Origin: Actinomycetes bacterium | GTDB taxonomy: Bacteria; Actinomycetota; Actinomycetes; S36-B12; UBA5976 | Assembly (NCBI GenBank): GCA_014190035.1 | Contig: BJFU01000001.1 | Location: forward strand, 14,135-78,134 | Length of the DNA: 64,000 nucleotides | Reading direction: 5' to 3' | Shown: one piece after another, positions 9,511 through 19,246 of the stretch | How positions within the stretch are numbered: position 1 is the stretch's first letter | Layout of the letters: each line of letters opens with the position of its first letter | Made by a program: the position numbers and the translations under genes | Notes under the pieces: model-generated | What the model was told of the DNA's origin: nothing | Databases searched by the model: none | What the model saw: only the letters and a program-made list of their open reading frames with translations

Positions 9511-10754
9511 GATCTCACCTCAACTTCGTCTTGATCGCGCCAATCATCAGGAAGCATGTGATCAATTACGTCATCAACAGTTACTGCTCCAAGTAAACGA
9601 TTTTCTGCGTCTACAACAGGTAATGCCACAAGGTTATAAGTTGCAAAATATTTAGTTACTGAAGCCAAAGTGGTATTTGGTCCTACTGGTTTTAATTCAG
9701 AATCAATAACACTTGAAACAAGTGTTCCTGGAGATTCTCTTAAAAGTCTTTGCATGTGAGCAACACCAAGATATTTACCAGTTGGCGTATCAAGAGGAGG
9801 GCGAACTACATAAACCTGACTTGCTAATGATGGTGGCAATTCTGGATTTCGAATACTTGCTAAAGCTTCAGCAACAGTTGCATCAGGTGTTAAGACAACT
9901 GGTTCAGTTGTCATCATTCCACCTGCTGTGTAATCACCGTAAGTCAAAAGTCGTCGCAAATCATCTGCTTCTTCTGGTTCCATTAATTCCAAATACTCTT
10001 CAGCTTTTTGTGGTGGTAATTCTTTCAGCAAATCTGCAGCATCATCTGGTGCCATTTCTTCAATAACATCAGCTGCTCGCTCTATTTCAAGTTTTCCCAC
10101 AATTGCAACGCGGGTTTCCTCACTCATTTCTTCCAAAACATCGGCAAGTCTTTCGTCATCAAGTTTAGAAATTACTTCAACTTGTTTCTCTAGAGTAAGA
10201 TCAGTTAAATATGTTGCAATATCTGGTGCTCTCATGTCATTAAGCGAAGTTAATAAATTATCAAAGGGTTTACCTTGCACTTGCAAAGTTAAACCATCAA
10301 CTTCACTCCAGTCAGCAAAGAATTTTTCACCACGTTTGGTAAATCCAGTTCCAGCACGACGAAGATAAAGTTTTGTAATGTGCCAATCTGCACCAGGTCT
10401 TGATTGCTCCATTGCAATATCTAGCAATGTAACTTCTTCGCCGGTGTGTTTCATTTTCATTTTGCGATCTAATAGTTCGCCTACAACTCTTGATTCAGAT
10501 TCTCTTTGTTCAAAACGGCGCATGTTGACAACACCTGTTGAAATTATTTGACGTGCATCAAAATCTGTAACTCGAGACATTGGTAAAAACACAAGTCGGC
10601 GTTGTGGAACTTCAACTAATAGTCCAATAATTCTTGGTGGATTATTACTGTGTCTTAAATGGACAACAGTGTCACGCACTTTGCCCAGCTGATCGCCTTG
10701 CGGATCGAATACAGCTGTGCCAGTGAGGCGGGAGATGAAGATACGGTCAGACAC
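9507..10754 (-). CDS. MgtE N-terminal domain / CBS pair protein (no transporter domain)
   Basis: PRC-barrel-like N-terminus, acidic MgtE_N repeats (ERLADVLEEMSEE, APDDAADLLKEL) and C-terminal CBS pairs. Confidence 0.75.
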   Translation of the reverse strand: MSDRIFISRLTGTAVFDPQGDQLGKVRDTVVHLRHSNNPPRIIGLLVEVPQRRLVFLPMSRVTDFDARQIISTGVVNMRRFEQRESESRVVGELLDRKMKMKHTGEEVTLLDIAMEQSRPGADWHITKLYLRRAGTGFTKRGEKFFADWSEVDGLTLQVQGKPFDNLLTSLNDMRAPDIATYLTDLTLEKQVEVISKLDDERLADVLEEMSEETRVAIVGKLEIERAADVIEEMAPDDAADLLKELPPQKAEEYLELMEPEEADDLRRLLTYGDYTAGGMMTTEPVVLTPDATVAEALASIRNPELPPSLASQVYVVRPPLDTPTGKYLGVAHMQRLLRESPGTLVSSVIDSELKPVGPNTTLASVTKYFATYNLVALPVVDAENRLLGAVTVDDVIDHMLPDDWRDQDEVEVRS

Positions 10755-10796
10755 ATGAAAATGTTACTCCTGGGACGTGATTGACTAACAACATAT

Positions 10797-11675
10797 ATGA
10801 AATCTACGAAAGCAAATAGCAAATTTTCCATAGATTTCGTGATTCTGGCTATCGCAATATTGGCCATCTCAACTTCAGGTCCATTAATAACTGTTACTGC
10901 TGCCCCTGCAATTGCTATCGCATTTTGGAGATGCTTCTTAGGAGCAGTAGCAACTGCGCCTTTTGCATTTAAAAATGGATTAAGAAACATAAACAGAAAG
11001 ACTTTTACTACATCAATCAGTGCTGGTTTACTTTTAGGAATACATTTTGCTGTCTGGATTCCAAGTCTTAGATTCACAACAGTTGCAGCTTCAACTGCGA
11101 TGGTTGCAACACAACCTGCCTGGGCTGCACTGATTGCAAAAATTAGGGGAGAGAGTTTTCCCAATAAAGTTTGGTTTGGAATTTTTGTGGCATTACTTGG
11201 AGCAGTGCTTTTAACAGGAACAGATTTCTCATTAGATAGAAGAGCTGTAATTGGCGATTTACTTGCATTACTAGGTGCAATTTTTGCAGCACTTTATGTA
11301 ACTGTTGGATCAAGTGCGCGTACGAAATTAACAACTGCTCAATATACGGTTATTGCTTATTTTGCAGCAGCGTTTACTTTATTAGTTCTGGCACTTATCA
11401 CAGGAATTAATTTAACTGGTTTTAGTAGACAAGCTTGGTTCTATATATTTTTATTGACGCTACTTGCTCAAATTTTGGGTCATACTTTATTTAATGTAAC
11501 TTTAAGATCATTGTCTGCAACTGTTGTGAGTATGGGAATCTTATTTGAAATGCCCTGCTCAACAATTATTGCTGCTTTAGCGATAGGTCAAGTTCCACCT
11601 TGGCAAACAATTCCGGCAATTGTTTTGTTGATGATTGGTATGTTTTTTGTTGTAACAGGTTATAAAACTAAATAG
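10797..11675 (+). CDS. EamA/DMT family transporter
   Basis: About 10 predicted TM helices with a duplicated EamA-like architecture. Confidence 0.75.
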   Translation: MKSTKANSKFSIDFVILAIAILAISTSGPLITVTAAPAIAIAFWRCFLGAVATAPFAFKNGLRNINRKTFTTSISAGLLLGIHFAVWIPSLRFTTVAASTAMVATQPAWAALIAKIRGESFPNKVWFGIFVALLGAVLLTGTDFSLDRRAVIGDLLALLGAIFAALYVTVGSSARTKLTTAQYTVIAYFAAAFTLLVLALITGINLTGFSRQAWFYIFLLTLLAQILGHTLFNVTLRSLSATVVSMGILFEMPCSTIIAALAIGQVPPWQTIPAIVLLMIGMFFVVTGYKTK

Positions 11676-12528
11676 TTTTTAAAAATGTATCTAATTCAAT
11701 TGCAGTTTTATCTGGTAATTCTCTAGCAGGTGAGTGCCCAGCTCCAATAATTTCAATAAAAGTTGCATTTAGGGTTTGAGCCATTTCAAGTTGTTCTTTT
11801 CTTGGCCAAGCATCGTCATTTTCCCCACGTAAGACTAAAACTGGTAATTTGTGTCTTGCTAAAGTTTGTTTTAATTTTTCAGTGACGTTTTCAACTTTCA
11901 TCAATAACTCTGACATGACTTGTAAAGATAAAGGATTGGTGTTTAACCATCTTTGTTTGCGCCATTTTCTAACTGGTTTAGAAAAACTCTGTTTTCTTAG
12001 AATTGTTAAAGTCAGAGTTTTTATAAACCAAATAAAAGCTAAACTTCTTCCCGCTTCCACTGCTTTTACTAAAGCAGGTAATCCTCCCCAGTTTTCTTTT
12101 GGTAAAGGTCCTGTTCCACTGCAAAGCAAAGTAATTGACGCAAATGATTGAGGAGATTTACTAGCGGCATATTGGGTAACTAATCCACCAAAGGAATGCC
12201 CAATGACATGAATTGGTTCAGAGAAACTGTTTGCTATATCTATTAAGTCTTGTGCAAAAGAATCAAGTGTGAAATCTTCTAACTTGTTTGAGCCATAACT
12301 TGCTGGTTGTCCATGTTGATCAATTGAAAAACAATGCCAACCAAGGGAAGTAAGAATGGGCATAACTGCTACAAAATCTTCGCGGCTACCACTCCATCCG
12401 GGAACAAAAACAATGGTGCCAGCATGAATTGATTCAGGTTCAGAAACTAGTGCACCAATAGTATTTTTAGAAGTTACTAATTTTTCTGTTCTTATTCCTG
12501 CAGGATTAACCAATAACTGCTCTTGCAT
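11668..12528 (-). CDS. alpha/beta hydrolase
   Basis: Nucleophile elbow GHSFGG and a C-terminal GAGHSP motif. ATG at 12528 is preferred over 12570 because it avoids overlapping the DUF3107 gene. Confidence 0.7.
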   Translation of the reverse strand: MQEQLLVNPAGIRTEKLVTSKNTIGALVSEPESIHAGTIVFVPGWSGSREDFVAVMPILTSLGWHCFSIDQHGQPASYGSNKLEDFTLDSFAQDLIDIANSFSEPIHVIGHSFGGLVTQYAASKSPQSFASITLLCSGTGPLPKENWGGLPALVKAVEAGRSLAFIWFIKTLTLTILRKQSFSKPVRKWRKQRWLNTNPLSLQVMSELLMKVENVTEKLKQTLARHKLPVLVLRGENDDAWPRKEQLEMAQTLNATFIEIIGAGHSPARELPDKTAIELDTFLKTI

Positions 12529-12532
12529 TTTG

Positions 12533-12754
12533 TTAACCGGCAAAACCAACTCGACGTTGTTCTGAAGCACCGATTTCTACGAAGGCAATACTTTCACCCG
12601 GAACTAATATTTTCTTTCCCTTGTCATCAAGAAGGGATAAAAGAGTCTTATTTTTTACGGCTGCTTCTACTTCTTTAGTTATCTGATCAGCGGTAGCTGC
12701 AGTTTCGAAAACGATTTCATGATTGGTGTTTTGAACGGCTATTCGTACTTCCAT
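12533..12754 (-). CDS. DUF3107 family protein (73 aa)
   Basis: MEVRIAVQNTNHEIVFETAATADQITKEVEAAVKNKTLLSLLDDKGKKILVPGESIAFVEIGASEQRRVGFAG matches the conserved actinobacterial DUF3107. An AGGAG Shine-Dalgarno sits upstream of ATG 12754. The 150-aa track ORF is an over-extension. Confidence 0.78.
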   Translation of the reverse strand: MEVRIAVQNTNHEIVFETAATADQITKEVEAAVKNKTLLSLLDDKGKKILVPGESIAFVEIGASEQRRVGFAG

Positions 12755-12899
12755 TGCCTCAGGGCTCCTAAATGCTTTCTTGTTTTGTCTAAGACTATTC
12801 CCATAGTTAACCCTGCGCATTCTGCCGTCTACTTCCAAGTTCTGGGCTACGGGAGTAATCTCTTGACTACTAAAAGCGTGGGAAAGCGGGGCACTTAAA

Positions 12900-14282
12900 A
12901 TGAGCGGTTCAATTAAGCAATCAGCAGATGCTCCCGTAAAGGTTTCCCAATTAGAAGCAGATATTAAATCAGGAAAAATTGACACTGTCGTTGTTGGTGT
13001 AACTGATATGCAAGGCCGTTTACAAGGTAAACGAGTTCATGCACCTTTCTTTTTAAAAGACACTATGAATCATGGCACTGAAGGTTGTAACTATTTATTA
13101 GCAGTTGATGTTGATATGAACACTGTTGGTGGATACGCAATGTCATCTTGGGATTCAGGTTATGGCGACATGGTCATGGCACCAGACTTTGACACATTGA
13201 GATACATCCCATGGCTTCCTGGCACTGCAATGGTTTTGGCAGATTTACAAAAACTAGATCACACTGATGTTTTTGCATCCCCTAGACAAATATTAATAAA
13301 GCAAATCAAAAGATTAAAAGAAATGAAATTAGTTCCTTATGTTGGAACAGAATTAGAATTTATTGTTTTTAAAGATTCATTTGAAGAAGCATGGGATAAG
13401 GGTTATCAAAATCTAATTCCTGCAAACCAATACAACGTTGATTATTCATTACTTGGTACCACACGAGTTGAAGGTTTATTAAGAGCTATTCGATTGGGAA
13501 TGGATGGTGCTGGTTTAGAAGTTGAATCAGCAAAGGGTGAATGTAATCTTGGTCAACACGAGATTGCTTTCAGATTTAAAGATGCTTTAACCACAGCTGA
13601 TAACCATGTGATTTACAAACTTGGTTCAAAAGAAATTGCTTCAGCACAAGGAATGTCTTTGACATTTATGGCTAAATTTAATGAACGTGAAGGAAACTCT
13701 TGCCACATTCATTTATCTGTGAGAAGTGAAAATGATGATCCAGTCATGTCTGATGCTAAAGATCCGCAAGGTTTAAGCGCATTAGGTAAATCATTTATCG
13801 CAGGACAATTGAAATACATGAGAGAAATGACTTTGTTTTTTGCCCCAAATATTAATTCTTATAAACGCTACGTTGAAGGATCTTTTGCTCCAACTGCAAT
13901 GAAGTGGGGCAGAGACAACAGAACTTGTGCAATTCGTTTGGTTGGGTCTGGTCATTCCCTTCGTTTTGAAAACAGAGTTCCAGGTGGAGATGTAAATCCA
14001 TATTTGGCAGAAGCTGCCATGATTGCTGCAGGAATTGCAGGAATTGAAGAAAACCTAACTCTAGAACCAGCATTTGAAGGTAACGCCTATGTTTCAGATG
14101 CAGTTAGAGTTCCATCAACTCTTGCTAAAGCAACAGAGCTTTGGGATAAGAGTGAATTTGTGGCAAAAGTATTTGGTAGCGAAGTTAAAGCTCACTACCT
14201 AAATATGGCTAAAATAGAACTTGCTTCATTTGATAAGAGCATTACAGATTGGGAAAGATTCCGCAGTTTCGAAAGAATGTAA
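12900..14282 (+). CDS. glutamine synthetase family protein (GlnA4/PuuA-like gamma-glutamyl-amine synthetase)
   Basis: GS catalytic-domain profile (GTELEFIVF, NSCHIHLS, NSYKRY, RFENRVPG). Clustered with an aldehyde dehydrogenase, an SDR and a gamma-glutamyl hydrolase. Confidence 0.85.
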   Translation: MSGSIKQSADAPVKVSQLEADIKSGKIDTVVVGVTDMQGRLQGKRVHAPFFLKDTMNHGTEGCNYLLAVDVDMNTVGGYAMSSWDSGYGDMVMAPDFDTLRYIPWLPGTAMVLADLQKLDHTDVFASPRQILIKQIKRLKEMKLVPYVGTELEFIVFKDSFEEAWDKGYQNLIPANQYNVDYSLLGTTRVEGLLRAIRLGMDGAGLEVESAKGECNLGQHEIAFRFKDALTTADNHVIYKLGSKEIASAQGMSLTFMAKFNEREGNSCHIHLSVRSENDDPVMSDAKDPQGLSALGKSFIAGQLKYMREMTLFFAPNINSYKRYVEGSFAPTAMKWGRDNRTCAIRLVGSGHSLRFENRVPGGDVNPYLAEAAMIAAGIAGIEENLTLEPAFEGNAYVSDAVRVPSTLAKATELWDKSEFVAKVFGSEVKAHYLNMAKIELASFDKSITDWERFRSFERM

Positions 14283-14318
14283 GACTTAACGGTTTTACCT
14301 AAAAGGAGTTAAATTAAA

Positions 14319-15683
14319 TTGACCGCGCTTCATGATGTAATTTCACCTGTTACTGAAAAGAAAATCACGGCCGTTCCAGCCTTAAGTGCGGAAGAAACAG
14401 TTGCGGCAATTACAAAGTCCCAAAAAGCTTTTGAAACTTGGAAGAAAGTTACCCCAGGAGACCGTGCCAAATTACTGCGAAATTTTGCTGCAGTTGTCGA
14501 AAAAAATGTTGAAGTACTAGCCAAACTAGAAGTAGAAAATGCAGGCCACACAATTGGCAATGCCCGCTGGGAAGCAAACAACGTTGTAAATGTTTTGAAT
14601 TATTACGCCGGTGGACCAGAAAGATTGTTTGGTCGACAAATTCCAGTTCCAGGCGGAGTCGACATAACTTTTAGAGAACCAATTGGCGTAGTCGGAATTA
14701 TTGTGCCGTGGAATTTTCCAATGCCAATTGCAGGTTGGGGATTTGGACCAGCATTAGCTGCCGGTTGCACAGTGGTTTTAAAGCCAGCAGAAGTTACTCC
14801 TTTAACTGCAAAGAAATTAGCTGAACTTGCTTTAGAAGCAGGAATTCCTGAAAATGTTTTCCAGGTATTAACTGGATCTGGTCGTGTTGTGGGCGAAACA
14901 ATTGTGCAAGATCCAAGAGTTAGAAAAATAGTTTTTACCGGATCAACTGAAATTGGCACGCAAATAATGGCAAAGTGTGCTCCAAATGTAAAAAGAGTTA
15001 CTTTGGAATTAGGTGGAAAATCTGCCAACGTGATATTTGCTGATTCTGATTTAGAAAAAGCAGCAGCAAGCGCCCCTGGCGCAGTATTTGATAACGCCGG
15101 CCAAGACTGCTGTGCTCGCTCAAGAATTTTGATTGAAAAGAAAGCCTTTGATAAATTCATGCCACTTTTAGAACAAGCAGTTAAATCATTTAAGTGTGCA
15201 GATCCAAGTTTGGAGACAACTGAAATGGGTCCACTAATTACTTCTGCTCACAGAGACAAGGTTGCTTCTTATGTTGAAGAATCCTTGGTTGCTTTTCGAG
15301 GAACAGCTCCAACAGGTGCTGGGTTTTGGTTTCCACCAACAGTTTTGCATGTAACAGATAGAAAACACAAAAGCTTAACTGATGAAATCTTTGGTCCAAT
15401 AGTTTCAGTTGTAACTTTCGAAGATGAAGCAGACGCTATTGCATTGGCAAATGATTCAGAATTTGGTTTAAGTGGATCTATTTGGTCAAACAATGGCGCA
15501 AAAGCTTTAAGAGTCTCTCGTGGAATTGAAAGTGGAAACTTATCCGTTAACTCTCATTCTTCCGTTAGATATTGGACTCCATTTGGTGGATTCAAAAAAT
15601 CAGGTTTGGGACGCGAATTAGGTCCAGATGCACTAAACGCGTTTACCGAAGAAAAGAACGTCTTTATTAATACTGAGATATAA
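14319..15683 (+). CDS. NAD(P)-dependent aldehyde dehydrogenase
   Basis: ALDH motifs ELGGKS and GQDCCA (catalytic Cys). TTG start. Confidence 0.9.
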   Translation: MTALHDVISPVTEKKITAVPALSAEETVAAITKSQKAFETWKKVTPGDRAKLLRNFAAVVEKNVEVLAKLEVENAGHTIGNARWEANNVVNVLNYYAGGPERLFGRQIPVPGGVDITFREPIGVVGIIVPWNFPMPIAGWGFGPALAAGCTVVLKPAEVTPLTAKKLAELALEAGIPENVFQVLTGSGRVVGETIVQDPRVRKIVFTGSTEIGTQIMAKCAPNVKRVTLELGGKSANVIFADSDLEKAAASAPGAVFDNAGQDCCARSRILIEKKAFDKFMPLLEQAVKSFKCADPSLETTEMGPLITSAHRDKVASYVEESLVAFRGTAPTGAGFWFPPTVLHVTDRKHKSLTDEIFGPIVSVVTFEDEADAIALANDSEFGLSGSIWSNNGAKALRVSRGIESGNLSVNSHSSVRYWTPFGGFKKSGLGRELGPDALNAFTEEKNVFINTEI

Positions 15684-15695
15684 GGAGAAAATATC

Positions 15696-16460
15696 TTGAA
15701 AAGATTAGAAGGCAGAGTTGCCACCATTACCGGTGGAGGATCTGGTTTAGGAAAAGCAACAGCAATTCGTTTTGCTTCCGAAGGAGCTCACGTTGTTATT
15801 GCTGACATGGATGAAAAAAGTGGCCAAGCAGTAGCAACAGAAGTAAACGGAACCTTTATCAAATGTAACGTTGCCGATAAAGCAAGTGTGGACAACTTCT
15901 TTGCTGAAGTTTTCAAAAAGTTTGGCAAGATTGATATTGCTTTCAATAACGCAGGTATTTCTCCACCTGATGATGATTCAATTTTAACTACCGAAATCGA
16001 AGCTTGGGACAAAGTTCAATTAGTGAATTTGACTTCTGTTTACCTATGTTGCAAAGCAGTATTGCCATACATGCTTAAAGCTAAAAAAGGATCCATCATT
16101 AACACTGCATCTTTTGTGGCAACATTGGCAGCAGCTACTTCACAAATTGCATACACCGCTTCAAAAGGTGGAGTACTAGCAATGACACGTGAACTCGGTG
16201 TGCAATTTGCCCGCGAAGGAGTTCGAGTTAACGCTTTGTCTCCCGGACCAGTAAACACTCCACTTTTGCAAGAACTATTTGCTAAAGATAAAGAAAGAGC
16301 ACAACGTCGTCTGGTTCATATTCCAATGGGACGTTTTGGTGAAGCTTCCGAAATTGCTGCAGCTGTGGCTTTTTTGGCAAGTGATGATTCATCATTCATC
16401 ACCGCATCAAATTTCCTTGTTGATGGTGGAATTACTGGAGCTTACGTAACACCACTATAA
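15696..16460 (+). CDS. short-chain dehydrogenase/reductase
   Basis: TGGGSGLG cofactor motif, NNAG, and a YTASK catalytic tetrad segment. Confidence 0.88.
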   Translation: MKRLEGRVATITGGGSGLGKATAIRFASEGAHVVIADMDEKSGQAVATEVNGTFIKCNVADKASVDNFFAEVFKKFGKIDIAFNNAGISPPDDDSILTTEIEAWDKVQLVNLTSVYLCCKAVLPYMLKAKKGSIINTASFVATLAAATSQIAYTASKGGVLAMTRELGVQFAREGVRVNALSPGPVNTPLLQELFAKDKERAQRRLVHIPMGRFGEASEIAAAVAFLASDDSSFITASNFLVDGGITGAYVTPL

Positions 16461-16467
16461 AGAGAAA

Positions 16468-17331
16468 TTAAAAAGGTCTTGCGCCAGAAATTTTGACTGC
16501 TTGAGAACCTAAGTTATTAGCGTTTTTCAAAATTGTTGCAGCTGGTTCATTTTTAACTAAACTAGTTAGAAATCCAGCTGCAAATGCATCACCTGCGCCA
16601 ATGGAATCAACCACCTCCACATTTTCTGGTATATCGATTACTTCCCGATCAGTGCTTAACCAGATGGATTCTTTGCTGCCTTTTTTCAAAATTAAGTTGT
16701 GGCATAACGACTTAATTTTTGAAGTGTCACCCAGAACTTCGGCTTCATCCTTGTTGGCAAACAGATAATTAAAAGGTGCAAGTTGAGCAAGTGAGTTAAA
16801 ACCATCGTTATCAATAAGGGGTTGACTGGAAGCAACATCTATTGATGTTTTTATATTGTGCTGCTTTGCCTTTTCGATGATTTCTTGAATGGTCTTTTTA
16901 GTATTCGTTCGCAACAAACTGTAGGCAGAAATATGAATTATTTCTGCTGTTTCAAACCAAGGACTAGGAACATCACTAGCAGAAAGAAAAAGATTTGCTC
17001 CTGGATCTGGAAACATGGTTCGCTCACCTTCAGCATCAATCAATATGCCACAGCTTCCACTTCTCGAGTTTGGAGTTTCCACTAAATTCAAAGAGAGATT
17101 TGGGTGAATTAATTCTTCTCGTATCAACTTTCCAGTTTGATCATCACCAATTCTTGCCACTAATCCGACTGAAACATTTTGTGTTGCTGCCCAACAGGCA
17201 GTATTGGTCGCAGATCCACCACCTTGCATTTTTATTTGGGATTGTGTATCAGATCCATAAGCAATTTGATCTTTAAATGAAATTAGGATGTCTTGCATCA
17301 CATCACCAACAAAAATAATCTGGACAGACAT
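16468..17331 (-). CDS. psuK: PfkB-family carbohydrate kinase, probable pseudouridine kinase
   Basis: PfkB signature near the C-terminus (DSIGAGDAFAAGF). Its stop abuts the psuG start. Confidence 0.7.
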   Translation of the reverse strand: MSVQIIFVGDVMQDILISFKDQIAYGSDTQSQIKMQGGGSATNTACWAATQNVSVGLVARIGDDQTGKLIREELIHPNLSLNLVETPNSRSGSCGILIDAEGERTMFPDPGANLFLSASDVPSPWFETAEIIHISAYSLLRTNTKKTIQEIIEKAKQHNIKTSIDVASSQPLIDNDGFNSLAQLAPFNYLFANKDEAEVLGDTSKIKSLCHNLILKKGSKESIWLSTDREVIDIPENVEVVDSIGAGDAFAAGFLTSLVKNEPAATILKNANNLGSQAVKISGARPF

Positions 17332-18236
17332 TATTTGGATATTGCTACAGCGATTTGAGCGGCTAGTAAAGCATTGTTCTTAACTAGGGCGATATTGGCT
17401 TTCAGCGATTGTCCTTGAGATTGTTCATGCATAAGTGCTAATAAAAACGGTGTTACGGCTTTGCCAGTAATTGAATTTTCTTTTGCTAGTTGTAAACCTT
17501 TGTTTAGAATGATTTCTTCTAATTTAGGATCAAATTGGTCCTCTTTTTTAATTGGTTGGGCTATTAAAATGGCTTCTTTAAAATGATTTACTTTTCTAAA
17601 CTTATAAATATCTGCAATCTCTGCCACACTCGTAACTTTCTCGGTTAGATCAAAACCCGAATCAAAAATCCAAAAACCTGGGAAATCTAAAGTTTGCCAA
17701 CCATAAACGGGAACGTGCCAGGTTTCTAATCTTTCTAAAGTTGCAGCAACATCAAGAATTGACTTGACTCCACTTGAAACAACGACAATAGGAATTTGAG
17801 CAAGAGCAGTTATGTCTCCAGATTCATCAAAAGTTTCACTGGCACCTTTATGGACTCCACCTAAACCACCAGTTGCAAAAGTAGTGATGCCACAAAGGTT
17901 TGCAATCCAAGCAGTGCTTGCCACAGTTGTTGCACCAGAGATTTTTCTGCTCACACAATGAGCTATATCTCTAATTCCTAATTTCAGCATGCTTGCATCG
18001 TTGGCAACTTGACTCAATTGAGTGGTATCTAAACCAACACAAATTTCACCATTAAGAACTGCGATTGTGGCAGGAATAGCCCCTGCATCTCTAACAACTT
18101 TTTCAATTTCTTGAGCAACACTAAAATTATCTGGCTTAGGTAAACCATGAGCAATAATGGTCGATTCTAAAGCAACTACTGGTTCATTATTTTTTAAAGC
18201 GTTTGCAACTTCAAGACTTATTTTCATTTCTGACAA
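17331..18236 (-). CDS. psuG: pseudouridine-5'-phosphate glycosidase
   Basis: IndA/PsuG profile (VVALESTIIAHGLPKPDN, ATGGLGGVHKG). Confidence 0.9.
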   Translation of the reverse strand: MSEMKISLEVANALKNNEPVVALESTIIAHGLPKPDNFSVAQEIEKVVRDAGAIPATIAVLNGEICVGLDTTQLSQVANDASMLKLGIRDIAHCVSRKISGATTVASTAWIANLCGITTFATGGLGGVHKGASETFDESGDITALAQIPIVVVSSGVKSILDVAATLERLETWHVPVYGWQTLDFPGFWIFDSGFDLTEKVTSVAEIADIYKFRKVNHFKEAILIAQPIKKEDQFDPKLEEIILNKGLQLAKENSITGKAVTPFLLALMHEQSQGQSLKANIALVKNNALLAAQIAVAISK

Positions 18237-18910
18237 GCCTTGACTAAAGACTGAAATAATCTTTTGTCATCACTCATTTCAGGATGCCACTGAACTCCTA
18301 AATGAAACTTCTTGTTGGGATCTTCCAACACTTCAATTGTTTCATCTTCTGCCCAGCCAGTAATAGTTAATGATCCTGGATTTTCTACTGCTTGGTGATG
18401 AGAAGAATTAACAATCATTTCTAAACCTAAAATTGAAGAGATAAGTGAATCTGGTTTGAACCGTGCTCCATGTTGAGAAAATTTTGCAGGAGCAGGTCTG
18501 TGATCAAGTTTGGTCACCTCAGGTAAATGCTGAATTAAAGATCCACCTTCAGCAACTGCCATAATTTGTAATCCTCTGCAAATTCCTAAAATAGGTAAAC
18601 CAATCTCTTTGGCAGTCTTATAAAGACTTACTTCGCCTGCATCACGATTTTCTCGAGGTTTATCAGCTGTTTCGTGTGGATTTTGTTTATATAAACGTGC
18701 ATCAACATCAGCGCCCCCTGCAATTATTAATCCATCTAAATTATTAACAACATGACCACCATTTTGATCAGGCGGAAGAATTACTGCTCTTCCTCCAGCA
18801 TTGGTAACTGAACTTACGTATTCAAAAGGCAAAACTGCAGCAGTGATATCCCAAGCCCCCCATTTGGCGGGTTCGACGTAACAAGAAATTCCGATCACGG
18901 GTGAGTTCAT
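18224..18910 (-). CDS. gamma-glutamyl-gamma-aminobutyrate hydrolase family (class I glutamine amidotransferase, PuuD-like)
   Basis: Peptidase C26 profile (GICRGLQ nucleophile Cys, HHQA, QWHPE). Confidence 0.82.
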   Translation of the reverse strand: MNSPVIGISCYVEPAKWGAWDITAAVLPFEYVSSVTNAGGRAVILPPDQNGGHVVNNLDGLIIAGGADVDARLYKQNPHETADKPRENRDAGEVSLYKTAKEIGLPILGICRGLQIMAVAEGGSLIQHLPEVTKLDHRPAPAKFSQHGARFKPDSLISSILGLEMIVNSSHHQAVENPGSLTITGWAEDETIEVLEDPNKKFHLGVQWHPEMSDDKRLFQSLVKACQK

Positions 18911-18990
18911 AAAGAGGAGTCTTGCACAAAGAAGTTATATATTTTTATTCAACAATGGGAGCAACACAGAAGTGTCACCCCCATCGCCTG

Positions 18991-19063
18991 TGCCACTGAT
19001 GGGATTTGAACCCACACCTTCCCCCTGCGAGTGGAGTCGCTCTGTCCGTTGAGCTACAGCGGC
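18991..19063 (-). tRNA. tRNA, isotype unresolved (fixed numbering gives anticodon UCG, Arg)
   Basis: The reverse complement folds as a 73-nt cloverleaf: acceptor GCCGCTG/CAGTGGC, D-arm GCTC-AACGGACA-GAGC, T-arm GTGGG-TTCAAAT-CCCAT, discriminator A, no encoded CCA. The anticodon arm ACTCC-ACTCGCA-GGGGG is atypical (see findings). Confidence 0.8.
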
Positions 19064-19170
19064 ATCAAAAAAGGTTGACATAAATTTCAATTTAAAGATT
19101 CTGATAAGCAAATGTGTGTGGATAAATGGCAATTGTGCATAACCAAAAGGATTACAAAATAGTTAATTAG

Positions 19171-19199
19171 TTGACACTTTCTTCCAAAAATGTAAAACT
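19171..19199 (+). promoter_or_regulatory. candidate sigma-70-type promoter (TTGACA, then 16 nt, then TG-extended TAAAAC)
   Basis: A perfect -35 TTGACA at 19171-19176 and a TGTAAAAC element at 19191-19198. Pattern match only. Confidence 0.3.
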
Positions 19200-19246
19200 A
19201 ATCAGGCGAGTGGATAGCAGAGAAATCTGTTGAATACCTTTCCAAA

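Noticed and set aside
10655-11164. Long antisense ORFs inside real genes (10655..11164, 14603..15160, 42906..43463, 56702..57118, 1348..1776 and others)
   Set aside because: Each overlaps a gene with strong family motifs on the other strand. They are typical shadow ORFs with no independent start or Shine-Dalgarno context and no recognisable domains.
12755-12985. N-terminal extension of the 150-aa minus-strand ORF 12533..12985
   Set aside because: Only the last 73 residues match the conserved DUF3107 protein, and they have their own AGGAG plus ATG. The extension runs antisense into the GS-like gene start.
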